A stretch of 64,000 nucleotides of DNA from NCBI GenBank assembly GCA_016793165.1, contig JAEULA010000096.1:76699-140698 (forward strand), read 5' to 3'. The translations under genes and the position numbers were made by a program. Within the stretch, counting starts at the first letter, position 1. Each line of letters opens with the position of its first letter. Source of the DNA: Alphaproteobacteria bacterium. GTDB taxonomy: Bacteria; Pseudomonadota; Alphaproteobacteria; CACIAM-22H2. The notes under the pieces were generated by a model. The model saw only the letters and a list, made by a program, of their open reading frames with translations, was not told where the DNA came from and made no database searches. Below, piece after piece: positions 45,344-54,573 of this stretch.

Positions 45344-46003
45344 ATGAACGATGCAGAGCAGAAGCTGACCGCGCGGGCCAATCGCGCTCACGGCGTCGCG
45401 CACGCCTTGATGCGCCGGTTCCGTGCCGCGCGCATGAGGTTCTTCGTGGAGCGCTTCGGCATCACGGACGCCACGCGCATCCTCGACATCGGCGGCACGG
45501 CCTTCAACTGGACCCTCATCGAGCGGCACCCGCAGGTCACGATCATCAATGTCGACGGGCCCGAGGGCCGCGAAGGCAATCTCGAGTACCGCCGCGCGGA
45601 CGGCCGCGCGCTCCCCTTCGCCGACAACAGCTTCGACATCGCGTACTCGAACTCCGTCATCGAGCATGTCGGCGATGCCGACAAGCGCGCCATCTTCGCC
45701 GCCGAGTTGCGCCGCGTTGCGCCGCGCTATTTCGTCCAGACGCCGGCGCCCGAGTTCTTCTTCGATACCCACACGCTGACGCCGTTCTTCCACTGGCTGC
45801 CGCTCGATCGACGGCGCCGCTGGTTCCGGTACGCGACGGTCCTCGGATGGATGGTCCGCCCGCCGGCGCCGATCGTCGACTTCCTGGTCGACGGGACGGA
45901 GCTTCTGCAGGGCGACGAGATCCGGCGGCTGTTCCCGGACGGCCGCATCCATCGCGAGACCTTCCTCGGGATGACGAAGGCCTATATCGCCTACAAGGTT
46001 TGA
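45344..46003 (+). CDS. Class I SAM-dependent methyltransferase (Methyltransf_11-like).
   Basis: 219 aa from the first ATG (the track start at 45338 is TTG). RILDIGGTAF (motif I), LPFADNSFDIAYSNSVIEHV. Confidence 0.7.
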   Translation: MNDAEQKLTARANRAHGVAHALMRRFRAARMRFFVERFGITDATRILDIGGTAFNWTLIERHPQVTIINVDGPEGREGNLEYRRADGRALPFADNSFDIAYSNSVIEHVGDADKRAIFAAELRRVAPRYFVQTPAPEFFFDTHTLTPFFHWLPLDRRRRWFRYATVLGWMVRPPAPIVDFLVDGTELLQGDEIRRLFPDGRIHRETFLGMTKAYIAYKV

Positions 46004-46948
46004 TCAGCCGCCCACGCCGCGGTCCTTGCCCAGGACGGTGCGGAACCTGCGGCGCCAGCGCGCCATGGCGCCCGCCTCGCCAAGGATGCCGGGAAAGAGC
46101 TTGCGCACGTCGTCGAAGCGTTGGGCCGGCACCAGGTTGGCCGGCACGAAAGCGTCCTCCGAGGGCACGCACAGGACATTGACGTCGCCGAGCGCGCCGA
46201 ACGGGTTCTCGGCATTGCGGGCGAAGTTCCCCGGATTGAAGCCGGCGATCCCGTGCCAATAGGACCGGTAGCCGAGGGCTCGGATCCTATCCAGCAGCGA
46301 GTCCCCGGTTTCCGGCCGGTTGACCTCGAGATAGATCAGCGGGCGCAGGCGACGGATCACCGACTGGGCGCCGGCGAGAACCGCCCCTTCCATGCCCTCG
46401 ACGTCGATCTTGATCAGGCGAAGTCGCGTCGCATCGGCGAACACGTCGTCGAGTCTCTGGCAGGACACCCACTCCGGCCCGCCGTCGCCGGCGGGCGCGC
46501 CCGCGTTCGCCTCGATCTTCGAGTCCGCCAGCGACACGGCGCTGTAGTTCCCCACCGCGCGGTAGTCGACGGCCGGAATGGCGATCCGGCCGGGCTCGCT
46601 TCCGACGGCGACGTTCTGCGGATGCAGCGCCGTCGCGTCGTTGATCACGGCGTTCGCGCACAGCAGGCCGAAGAGATAGCGCTGCGGCTCGAAGGCGAGC
46701 ACGCGTCCTTTCGGGCCGACCCACTTCGCGAAGGGAACGGCATGGGCCCCGATGTTCCCGCCGACATCGGCGATGACATCGCCCGGCCTGATGAGCGGCT
46801 CGAGCAGCGCCAGCTCCGCCTCCGCCCACTCGCCGTACATCTCGAGGAACCGGCCGATCAGATCATTGCGGGTGCAAAGGAAGGTCCCGCGGCGCCCCTC
46901 CAGCACCATCAGGCCACGGCGATCATGGGGGGCAAGATCGATCTTCAC
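46004..46948 (-). CDS. FkbM family methyltransferase.
   Basis: 314 aa. DVGGNIGAHAV...VLAFEP...LIKIDVEGMEGAVL is the FkbM signature. GTG start with GGAG upstream. Confidence 0.75.
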   Translation of the reverse strand: MKIDLAPHDRRGLMVLEGRRGTFLCTRNDLIGRFLEMYGEWAEAELALLEPLIRPGDVIADVGGNIGAHAVPFAKWVGPKGRVLAFEPQRYLFGLLCANAVINDATALHPQNVAVGSEPGRIAIPAVDYRAVGNYSAVSLADSKIEANAGAPAGDGGPEWVSCQRLDDVFADATRLRLIKIDVEGMEGAVLAGAQSVIRRLRPLIYLEVNRPETGDSLLDRIRALGYRSYWHGIAGFNPGNFARNAENPFGALGDVNVLCVPSEDAFVPANLVPAQRFDDVRKLFPGILGEAGAMARWRRRFRTVLGKDRGVGG

Positions 46949-46960
46949 GTGCGGCTCCGC

Positions 46961-47974
46961 TCAGAGGACGAGGCAACGGTAGCGCAGGCTGCCGTAAACG
47001 AGCGTCATGGCCATGATCCCCACGCGGGCGATGTTGAGGACCGTCTCCACGATCCGCCGCGGGAAGTCCGACAGCCGGAAAGGCCGGAGGCCGACCAGCG
47101 CACGCAGGAAGATCACCGGAACGGCGAGCCAAAGCAGGGCCGGCGCGACGGCCATGGCCGCGATCGCCAGCAGCAGACCCAGGTAGATGATGAGCGTACC
47201 GGGAAAGAAGAAAAGGCGTGCGGTCAACAGGACCCGGCGCAGCTCGGGATGCTTGCGCAGCAGCAACGGCATCACGAAGAGACGCGTCGGCTCGATCAGC
47301 CACAGCTTCAGCGGCAGCGTCTCGATCTCGTGATAGACGATCGCCTCTGGCACGAAGGTGCGGCGTCGACCCGCCTCGAGCATGCGCCAGGCGAGATCGG
47401 TGTCGGCGCACTCGACCGCGCGATCGAACGGATCGCGGAAGCTCAGGGTTACGTCGAAGCCGCCGAACTCGAGGAAGACGTCGCGGCGATAGAAGATGTT
47501 GGCGGTCGGAAACCCGGGATGGTCCCAGGTTCGCTCCGCCGAAAGCTTGCTCAGGAACTGGACCTGCTGCCCCGGCTTGTAGAGGACGACGCCCGTGGCG
47601 AAGGCGATGTCCGGCGCCATTGCCGCCAGCCCGTTCTCGAGCCACCCCGGCGCCGGCCGGCAATCGCTGTCGGTGAACGCGACGATCGGCCCGCGCGCCA
47701 TTCGGGCGCCGAGATTGCGCGACGGCGACGGGCCGCCGTCGACGTCCATGCGATGGTACCGGAGCTCGAACTTGACCCGTGCGCGCCAGTCTTCGATCAG
47801 CCCGGCGATGTCGTCGGTCGACTGGTTGTCGAGGATGATCACCTCGAACCGCGACGGATCCAGGGTCTGAGAGGCGAGTCCCCTGAGCGCGTCGGCCAGC
47901 AATCCGACACGGTTCTTGGTCGAGATAACCACGGAGACGTGGATATCCCCCTGCAGGGCAGACGCGTCAGTCAT
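46961..47974 (-). CDS. GT2 family glycosyltransferase with a C-terminal membrane extension (paralogue of 32859..33824).
   Basis: 337 aa from MTDASALQGDIHVSVVISTKNR, with FTDSDC, ANIFYRRD and DTDLAWR. The upstream 46 codons of the track ORF are Cys/Arg-rich junk. Confidence 0.8.
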   Translation of the reverse strand: MTDASALQGDIHVSVVISTKNRVGLLADALRGLASQTLDPSRFEVIILDNQSTDDIAGLIEDWRARVKFELRYHRMDVDGGPSPSRNLGARMARGPIVAFTDSDCRPAPGWLENGLAAMAPDIAFATGVVLYKPGQQVQFLSKLSAERTWDHPGFPTANIFYRRDVFLEFGGFDVTLSFRDPFDRAVECADTDLAWRMLEAGRRRTFVPEAIVYHEIETLPLKLWLIEPTRLFVMPLLLRKHPELRRVLLTARLFFFPGTLIIYLGLLLAIAAMAVAPALLWLAVPVIFLRALVGLRPFRLSDFPRRIVETVLNIARVGIMAMTLVYGSLRYRCLVL

Positions 47975-48023
47975 TGGGCGAAGTGTGGCAGGTCCACCTG
48001 TTACGGCAACACTTCGCCCGCAG

Positions 48024-48701
48024 TCATGCGGCCGCGATGCGGCGGCGACGCAACAGCACGAGCGATCCCAGCGACACCAACGCGAGGCCGAACGGCTCCG
48101 CGACGACGGCATCGAGATGGCGCTCCGCGGCGACGATGATCTGTCCGCCCGCCCAGATCAGCGAATGCAGTCCGGGGCCGACCGCGAAGGTCACGGATTC
48201 GCCGGCGGCGACGATGACGGTGATATCCGAATCGATGATCGGCAGTTCGAGCGACGCGATCGCCGCGGCGATGCCGGTCGGCTCTGCGCCGCCGTCGGTC
48301 GACGTCGGCGTGTCGAAGGCGATCCCGTTGACCGTGAGCGACCCGCCATCTTCGGAGAACAGCACGAGGCCCAAACCGCCGAGCTTGTTGAAGAGCGCTG
48401 CCGTGCCGTCGACGGCCACGGCGACACCGCCGACGATGCCGCCGAAGAAGCACGTCGTGACGGCGGAACAATCCGAAGTCAGCGTGGGCCCGATCGGGAA
48501 GGTGGCGACCACCGCGCCGCTCGTGACCGGTGTCGTGGTGTCCGGCAGCGTGATCACATCGACCACGGTGAGTCCCGAAAGGTTGACGCTATAGGATGCG
48601 CTCGCGATCGCTGTCGCGGATGCGGGCACCGGCACGGCATGCGCCTGCCAAGTGAACATCGCCCCGGCCAAGATCGACAGGATTTGGAATCTGGTACGCA
48701 T
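48024..48701 (-). CDS. PEP-CTERM sorting-signal protein embedded in the EPS cluster.
   Basis: 225 aa. Signal peptide (ILSILAGAMFTWQAHA). C-terminus VAEPFGLALVSLGSLVLLRRRRIAAA. Thr/Gly/Val-rich mature part. Confidence 0.75.
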   Translation of the reverse strand: MRTRFQILSILAGAMFTWQAHAVPVPASATAIASASYSVNLSGLTVVDVITLPDTTTPVTSGAVVATFPIGPTLTSDCSAVTTCFFGGIVGGVAVAVDGTAALFNKLGGLGLVLFSEDGGSLTVNGIAFDTPTSTDGGAEPTGIAAAIASLELPIIDSDITVIVAAGESVTFAVGPGLHSLIWAGGQIIVAAERHLDAVVAEPFGLALVSLGSLVLLRRRRIAAA

Positions 48702-48838
48702 GACGAGAGCCCCCGAACGCTGTCTTGAATTGGCCCCAATCTATCCTGGGAACCGCGAAAGGCGAAGGAAGACGTATAGTTAACGGCGGGTTCATTGGAG
48801 GGATCGGCTGCGACCCGGGGACCGAGCGGACTACGCCC

Positions 48839-49393
48839 TCAAGACCAGTCCCGCATCATTCGCCCCGCTGCCGGCAGGTACTGTCGGGCCACCACGATCG
48901 CCGCCAGATAGGCGATCGTCAGCGCGGTTAGCGACCAAGCCACCCCCGGACCCGGATCGACCGGGGGCCCCATCCGCTTGACGCCGAAAATCACCATCAG
49001 AGCCACGGCGACGCCCGCCACCACGTCCACGGGCGGATGCGCGGCCCCGGCAGCCCGTCCCGTCGCGACCAGGACCACGAGCGCGACGACCACCGAAGCA
49101 AGCCGGCCGCGGCTCCGACGGTCGACGGCCAGCAGGAGAGTCAGGCCCAGGACCAGGGTGGTTACGCCGACGTGCCCGCTGGGGAAATAGGCGCCCGCGA
49201 CCGGCTCGAACCACCCCATCTTCGCCGCCAGGCGCAGCAACACCAGGGACAGGACGCCGACGGCGACGCCGGCGAGATAACCCGCCGCGCGCGCCCGATC
49301 CCCGCGTGCGAGACCGAGGCCGACGACGACTGCGAGGACCAACATGGCGGCCGGCTCGCCGAGGAGTTCGGCGGCGGCCACGAGCAGCGCCAT
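48839..49393 (-). CDS. Small PAP2-superfamily membrane phosphatase-like protein (first motif missing).
   Basis: 184 aa and ~5 TM segments. PSGH (YFPSGHVGVT) and a partial third motif (AAHPPVDVVAG). No K-x6-RP motif. The start is 11 nt after the gmd stop. Confidence 0.55.
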   Translation of the reverse strand: MALLVAAAELLGEPAAMLVLAVVVGLGLARGDRARAAGYLAGVAVGVLSLVLLRLAAKMGWFEPVAGAYFPSGHVGVTTLVLGLTLLLAVDRRSRGRLASVVVALVVLVATGRAAGAAHPPVDVVAGVAVALMVIFGVKRMGPPVDPGPGVAWSLTALTIAYLAAIVVARQYLPAAGRMMRDWS

Positions 49394-49404
49394 CGGCCGG
49401 CGCC

Positions 49405-50391
49405 TCAGCCGCCCGGAGGCGCCCGCCCGGCGAGCTGGGCGACGGCCGCGTCGGTCATGCGCCGCGAGACGTCCTCGGCGAGAAGCGTCGGCTGCCAGCC
49501 CAGCTCGCGTCGCGCCTTGCTCGAGTCGCCGGCGCTGAAAACCTGGTCGGAGGGACGGAGAAGCAGCGGATCGATGACCACGTGGTCGCGCCAGTCGAGG
49601 CCGACATGGCGGAAGCACATCGCGACGTAGTCCTGGAGCGAGATCGCCTGACCGGTCGCGATGACGAAATCGTCGGGACGCTCGTTCTGCAGTATCCGCC
49701 ACATCGCCTCGACATAGTCGGGCGCCCAGCCCCAGTCGCGCAGCACGTTGGTGTTGCCGAGCCGAAGCTTCTCGCCGGAACCGGCGCGGATGCGTGCAGC
49801 CGCCAGCGCGATCTTCTGCGTCACGAAGCGCGCCGGCCGCAGCGGCGATTCGTGATTGAACAGGATGCCGGAGCAGCAGAAGAGCTTGTAGCTCCGGCGG
49901 TAGCTGGCGCAGGTCCAGAACGCCGCGCTCTTGGCGACCGCATAGGGGCTCAGCGGCCGGAACGGCGACTGCTCGTCGGCGAGCTTGTGTCCCGTGTCGC
50001 CGAAGCACTCGCCCGAGCCGGCGCTGAAGAAGCGCGCATCGAGGCCGAGGATGCGCAGCACCTCGAGGATGTTGGTCGCGCCGAGCGCGATGCTCTCGAG
50101 CGCCTCGACCGGCTGCGAATAGGACAGCGAGACCGACGTCTGGCCGGAGAGGTCGTAGATCTCGTCCGGCTGGACCGCGCGGATGACCGCCAGGATGCTG
50201 CGGAAGTCCGTCGTGATCGCCGAGTGCGTCTTCACGCGCTCGTGGATGCCGAGCCGGCGGAGATTGGTGAAGGCGTTCTGCTCGGAATCGCGCGAGGTGC
50301 CGTGGACGACGTAGCCCTTGTCGAGCAGCAGCTGAGCCAGATACGCGCCGTCCTGGCCCGAGACTCCGAAGATGAGGGCTTGCTTGCCCAT
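49405..50391 (-). CDS. gmd: GDP-mannose 4,6-dehydratase.
   Basis: 328 aa. ALIFGVSGQDGAYLAQLLLDKGYVVHG, SPYAVAK (YxxxK), FNHESPLRPARFVTQKI. It is the C-terminal third of track ORF 49405..52002. Confidence 0.85.
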   Translation of the reverse strand: MGKQALIFGVSGQDGAYLAQLLLDKGYVVHGTSRDSEQNAFTNLRRLGIHERVKTHSAITTDFRSILAVIRAVQPDEIYDLSGQTSVSLSYSQPVEALESIALGATNILEVLRILGLDARFFSAGSGECFGDTGHKLADEQSPFRPLSPYAVAKSAAFWTCASYRRSYKLFCCSGILFNHESPLRPARFVTQKIALAAARIRAGSGEKLRLGNTNVLRDWGWAPDYVEAMWRILQNERPDDFVIATGQAISLQDYVAMCFRHVGLDWRDHVVIDPLLLRPSDQVFSAGDSSKARRELGWQPTLLAEDVSRRMTDAAVAQLAGRAPPGG

Positions 50392-50411
50392 GTCGCCGCG
50401 CTCCTGCCGTC

Positions 50412-51962
50412 CTAATACGCGTCGCGGCCGAAGATCAGGGCCCCGGGAGTCCGGGCAAGGATCTTCAGGTCGAGCGCGAGAGACCAGTTTCGTACATAGG
50501 TCAGGTCGTGGCGAAGGCGGTCGGTCGCCTTCTCCTCGGAGTCGACCTGCCCGCGGTTGCCGTTCACCTGCGCGAGGCCCGTCAGCCCCGGCTTCACCTT
50601 GTGGCGGGCCGCGTAGCGGCTGAAGCGCTCGTGGTAGTAGTGGTCGGCGACGCGCATCTTCACGGGATGCGCACGCGGCCCGACGAGCGACATGCTGCCG
50701 TCGAGGACGTTGAGGAGCTGGGGCAGCTCGTCGAGGCTCGTGCGGCGCAGGAAGCGCCCGACCCGCGTGACGCGCGAGTCGTCGCGCGTCGTGCTCGCCT
50801 CGCCGCTGGGATCGCTGCGATCGATGTACATGGTCCGCAGCTTCCAGATCTCGAACGGGCGGTTGTTGAAGCCGAGGCGATTCTGCCGGAAGAAGACGGG
50901 CCCCGGCGATTCCAGCCGGATCGCGATCGCGGCGACGAGCAGGATCGGCGCCGCGAGCAGCAGCAGGACGCCGCCCAGCACCCGATCCTCGATCGCCTTC
51001 ACGATCACGGACCAGTCCTTCATCGGCGAGACCTCCGCCTCGAGGATCGGCAGTCCGGCGAGGTCGATCACGCCGAGGCCCAGCATCCGCTCGGGCGGAT
51101 CGTTGAAGGCGACCCAGACGTCGGAGGTGAGGTCGCGCAGCCGCTCGACCCCGGCGGTCACGGCCGGGCACATGAGGTCGTCGGTCGCGACGCAGACGAT
51201 GTCGAAAGGCGTGCCGCGTCCGATCGCGACCACCTCGTCGACGGTGCGCTCGAAGGCCGCGGTGCTGCCGTCCGCCGGCGCTCGTGCCAGCCCGATATGG
51301 TAGAGATTGCGCACCGCGGGCGCTTCGAACCGCGCCCGCATGCGCTCCATCCGCTCCGGCGACGCGATCAGGGCGACCCGGCGCACGAGCAGGCCGCGGG
51401 CGATCAGGTGCGATGCCACGGCCGTGAGGACGAGACGGTTGGCCACGAGCCCGACCCCGCCGAGCACCGTCCACATCGCCACCCAGATCCGCGAGAACTG
51501 GCTGGACGCCTGCAGGAAGAAGCCGAAGCCGGCCATCAGGAGCAGGCCGAGGCCCCACAGCGCGAGCGTCCAGCGCACCTGGAACTGAAGCTTTGCCAGG
51601 ATGCGCACCGAATAGATCGACGCGGCGTGCCAGATGAAGGCCATCAGCGTGACGGCGAGGCCAGTGACCGCGAGGTAGTTGCCCCACTGGTACCAGCCGT
51701 GCAGCACGAAGCCCACATGACCGACGAAGGCGGCCAGGGCGGCGCCGAGGACGACGGCGATGTCGGCGACGGCGAGAAGCCCCGCGAGCAGCGGCCAGGA
51801 AATCCGCATGAGTCGCCAGTGCACCGGCGCCCGCAGCTCGGGCATCGCCGCCGTCGAAACGCGCCCGGGCGCGCCGACGGCATGGCCGCCAGCATCGTCC
51901 TGTCCGCGTTGATGCGACATGTCGACCTTCATTGCGATGATTTCGGTGTCCCGGACCCGCAT
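50412..51962 (-). CDS. Polyprenyl-phosphate glycosyl-1-phosphate transferase (bacterial sugar transferase; WbaP/ExoY-EpsB type priming enzyme).
   Basis: 516 aa. N-terminal TM bundle, central Rossmann-like region, and the C-terminal motif RPFEIWKLRTM...DELPQLLNVLDGSMSLVGPRA...KPGLTGLAQV. Exact start uncertain. Confidence 0.85.
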   Translation of the reverse strand: MRVRDTEIIAMKVDMSHQRGQDDAGGHAVGAPGRVSTAAMPELRAPVHWRLMRISWPLLAGLLAVADIAVVLGAALAAFVGHVGFVLHGWYQWGNYLAVTGLAVTLMAFIWHAASIYSVRILAKLQFQVRWTLALWGLGLLLMAGFGFFLQASSQFSRIWVAMWTVLGGVGLVANRLVLTAVASHLIARGLLVRRVALIASPERMERMRARFEAPAVRNLYHIGLARAPADGSTAAFERTVDEVVAIGRGTPFDIVCVATDDLMCPAVTAGVERLRDLTSDVWVAFNDPPERMLGLGVIDLAGLPILEAEVSPMKDWSVIVKAIEDRVLGGVLLLLAAPILLVAAIAIRLESPGPVFFRQNRLGFNNRPFEIWKLRTMYIDRSDPSGEASTTRDDSRVTRVGRFLRRTSLDELPQLLNVLDGSMSLVGPRAHPVKMRVADHYYHERFSRYAARHKVKPGLTGLAQVNGNRGQVDSEEKATDRLRHDLTYVRNWSLALDLKILARTPGALIFGRDAY

Positions 51963-52172
51963 GTAGTATCCGTTCGATGCGACATCGGAGACAATCCAGC
52001 ATTTGGAGTCACGCCGATCGCACCCGTGCCGCCGACCCGGAATGCGGCAGGGCGCCGAATTTCGATGCAGCTCCAGGCACGAAAAGCGCGTCGCGGAAGC
52101 ACGCGCTCAAGACGTTCTTAGGGACTCGCGAATTAGATTCGGTTATCGGATCCTTGACGAGGGGAGCGGTCG
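51963..52172. promoter_or_regulatory. Divergent promoter region between the priming transferase and the exporter gene.
   Basis: A 210-bp gap with the lowest local GC of the cluster (e.g. gaattagattcggttatcggatccttgac). GAGGGGA SD before the GTG at 52173. Confidence 0.4.
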
Positions 52173-53408
52173 GTGCGGCGGCGTAGCGTGTTCCAGTTTG
52201 CGGCACTCCTGTTAACCTTGATCGTGTCGATCGTGCCGCCGTCGCCCGGCGCGGCCGCCGCCGAGCCGGCGTACGTCCTTGGGACCGGGGATCGCCTGCG
52301 CATCACCGTGCACGAGAAGCCCGACCTTTCCGGCGAGTTCGCGGTCGGACCCGGCGGCGGCCTCTCGCTACCCGTCGTCGGCCGCCTGCCGGCCGGCGGC
52401 ATGACGCTGGCCGAGCTCGAGGCCGCGCTCGCCGACCGGTTCATGGTCGCCGCAGGCATCCGCGACCCGCGGATCGCCGTCGAGATCGTCGAGTACCGTC
52501 CCTTCTTCATCATCGGCGCCGTCGAGACCGCCGGCCAGTACCCGTACGTGAACGGCATGACGGTGCTGCACGCGATCACGATCGCGGGCGGCTTCCGGCG
52601 CGGCGAATCGCAGGACGTCATCGTGCAGCTCGAGGCCGCGCGCGCGCGGGAGCGCATCCAGACGGCGCGGCAGAACATCGCCGTGGCCTACGCGCGCCGG
52701 GCCCGGCTCTATGCCGAACGCGACCAGCGACACGCGATCGATTTCCCGCCGGCGCTGGCCGACTTCGCCTCGCCCGAGCGCGTCGTCGAGCTGACCGCCA
52801 ACGAGACCCGGGTGCTCGAGCAGCGCACCCAGTCGCTGGAGGCCGAGCGCGCCCTGTTCGAGGTGCAGAAGACGGTGCTCGGCGAGGAGATCACGGCGCT
52901 GGAAGGACAGCTCGCCTCCAAGGGCAAGCTGATCGAGTTCGTCCAGCAGGAGACGGCCGAGATCGAGAAGCTCCGGCAGCGCGACCTCGTGCCCCTCACC
53001 CGCATCCTGGCGCTGCGGCGCTCGGCGACCGAGCTGGAGGCCGACCGCCGCCAGCTCATCGCCCACATCGCCCGTGCCAAGCAGGAGATCGCGCGGGTCG
53101 ACCTGCAGATCCTCAACACGCAGCGCAGTCGGAGCATCCAGATCGCCGAGAGCATCAAGCAGGCCGACGACGACCTCGCCCAGCACGGCGTCACGCTGCG
53201 CGGGGCCGAGGACCAGCTCGCGAAGGCCGAGGCGATGATGAGCCGCACCACGGTGCAGCCCGTGTTCTCGGAACAGAACGGCGAGGTCCGCATCCTCCGC
53301 CGCGAGGCGAGCGGCGCGAAGGAGATCCGTGCCGCCGACGACACGCCGGTGCTGCCCGGCGACGTGATCAAGGTGCCGTCGCGGCCGCCCTCGCCGGCCT
53401 ATCGCTGA
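52173..53408 (+). CDS. Polysaccharide export protein (Wza/ExoF family, Poly_export plus SLBB) with a long coiled-coil insert.
   Basis: 411 aa. Signal peptide. YVLGTGDRLRITVHEKPDLSGEF.V...G.LSLP.VG...GMT..ELE is the Poly_export motif. The ExoF-like length includes a helical region. Confidence 0.8.
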   Translation: MRRRSVFQFAALLLTLIVSIVPPSPGAAAAEPAYVLGTGDRLRITVHEKPDLSGEFAVGPGGGLSLPVVGRLPAGGMTLAELEAALADRFMVAAGIRDPRIAVEIVEYRPFFIIGAVETAGQYPYVNGMTVLHAITIAGGFRRGESQDVIVQLEAARARERIQTARQNIAVAYARRARLYAERDQRHAIDFPPALADFASPERVVELTANETRVLEQRTQSLEAERALFEVQKTVLGEEITALEGQLASKGKLIEFVQQETAEIEKLRQRDLVPLTRILALRRSATELEADRRQLIAHIARAKQEIARVDLQILNTQRSRSIQIAESIKQADDDLAQHGVTLRGAEDQLAKAEAMMSRTTVQPVFSEQNGEVRILRREASGAKEIRAADDTPVLPGDVIKVPSRPPSPAYR

Positions 53409-53414
53409 CGGGGC

Positions 53415-54569
53415 TCAGCGCCGCGCCGCGATCCGATCGATCTCGGCGTCCACGGTCTCCACGAAGTGCTCCCAGGTGAACAGCGGCGCGCGCGCGAGGC
53501 CGCACTGGCCCCAGGCCCGCGCGCCGGCCTCGTCCGCCGCGAGGGCCCGCATCGCCGCAGCGAAGGCCTCGGGCGTGTCGGGCAGCAGCCGGCCGGTCTG
53601 GCCGTCGACCACGACCTCCACCGGGCCGCCGCGGTTCACGGCCAGCACCGGCTTCGCCGCCGCCATCGCCTCGACCGGCGTGATGCCGAAATCCTCGTTG
53701 AACGCCGTGAACAGTGTCGCCCAGCAGCGATCGTAGAGATCGCGCATCTCGGCATCCGACGGATCGAGGCGGAACTCGATCGCCGGATCGCCGGCCGCCA
53801 TGTCGCGCAGCCGCTGGAGATAGGGCTGGCTCTTGCGGTCGACCATGCCGGCGACGACGAGGCGGAACGGGAACTCGGCCTCGGGGGTCGTCTCGCGGAT
53901 GCGCCGGAACGCCGCGACCGCGAGCTCGATGTTCTTGGTCCACATGATGCGTCCCGGCAGGAAGAAGAACGGCTCGAAGGTCGAGCTCGGCCGGATGCGA
54001 TCGCGCGAGATGCCGGGATAGACGAGGCTGACCTCCTTGTCCCAGAGGCCGGCCGCGGCGATGCGCCGCCGCACCGTCTCGCTGATCGCGACGACCGCCG
54101 AATAGCGGCGCCATGCGGCGCGATCGATCATCCGCCATGCGGCCTCGACGAGGCCCAGCGCGGGCCGCAGGATGCCGGCCCGGGCATGGACTCGCGCGCG
54201 ATACTCGTGGTCGTACACCGGTCGCAGCGGCGTGCAGCACACGTTGAGGATCGGCCGATCGTCGTTGCGGAAGTTGATCAGGCTGCCGAGCCCCTCGCAG
54301 CAGACGATCATCGCGTCGAACGCGCTCGTGTCGAGCCGCGTGCGCCCGATGATCCAGCCGGCCTTCGCGACCGACAGGTAGTCGCGGCTGACCGGGACAT
54401 GCCCGACCTCGACGACGCCCATCGACTTGAGCTCGGGATATGTCGCGTCCCGGTCGTAGTGATGCGTGAGGATCGAGATGTCGTGCCGGCTGCGGCGCTT
54501 GAGCTCGACGATGATCCGCTCGATGCCGCTCTTGACGTAGACCCAGGGGTAATAGACCGCCACGCGCAT
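53415..54569 (-). CDS. GT4 family glycosyltransferase.
   Basis: 384 aa from MRVAVYYPWVY, with EDFGITPVEAMAAAKPVLA. Start 4 nt after the upstream GT4 stop. Confidence 0.8.
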   Translation of the reverse strand: MRVAVYYPWVYVKSGIERIIVELKRRSRHDISILTHHYDRDATYPELKSMGVVEVGHVPVSRDYLSVAKAGWIIGRTRLDTSAFDAMIVCCEGLGSLINFRNDDRPILNVCCTPLRPVYDHEYRARVHARAGILRPALGLVEAAWRMIDRAAWRRYSAVVAISETVRRRIAAAGLWDKEVSLVYPGISRDRIRPSSTFEPFFFLPGRIMWTKNIELAVAAFRRIRETTPEAEFPFRLVVAGMVDRKSQPYLQRLRDMAAGDPAIEFRLDPSDAEMRDLYDRCWATLFTAFNEDFGITPVEAMAAAKPVLAVNRGGPVEVVVDGQTGRLLPDTPEAFAAAMRALAADEAGARAWGQCGLARAPLFTWEHFVETVDAEIDRIAARR

Positions 54570-54573
54570 CGCG

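Noticed and set aside
50392-52002. The N-terminal 537 codons of track ORF 49405..52002, which would fuse to gmd.
   Set aside because: This part is out of frame with, and overlaps, the priming sugar transferase gene (50412..51962), which has clear motifs. Gmd homology starts at MGKQALIFG (50391).
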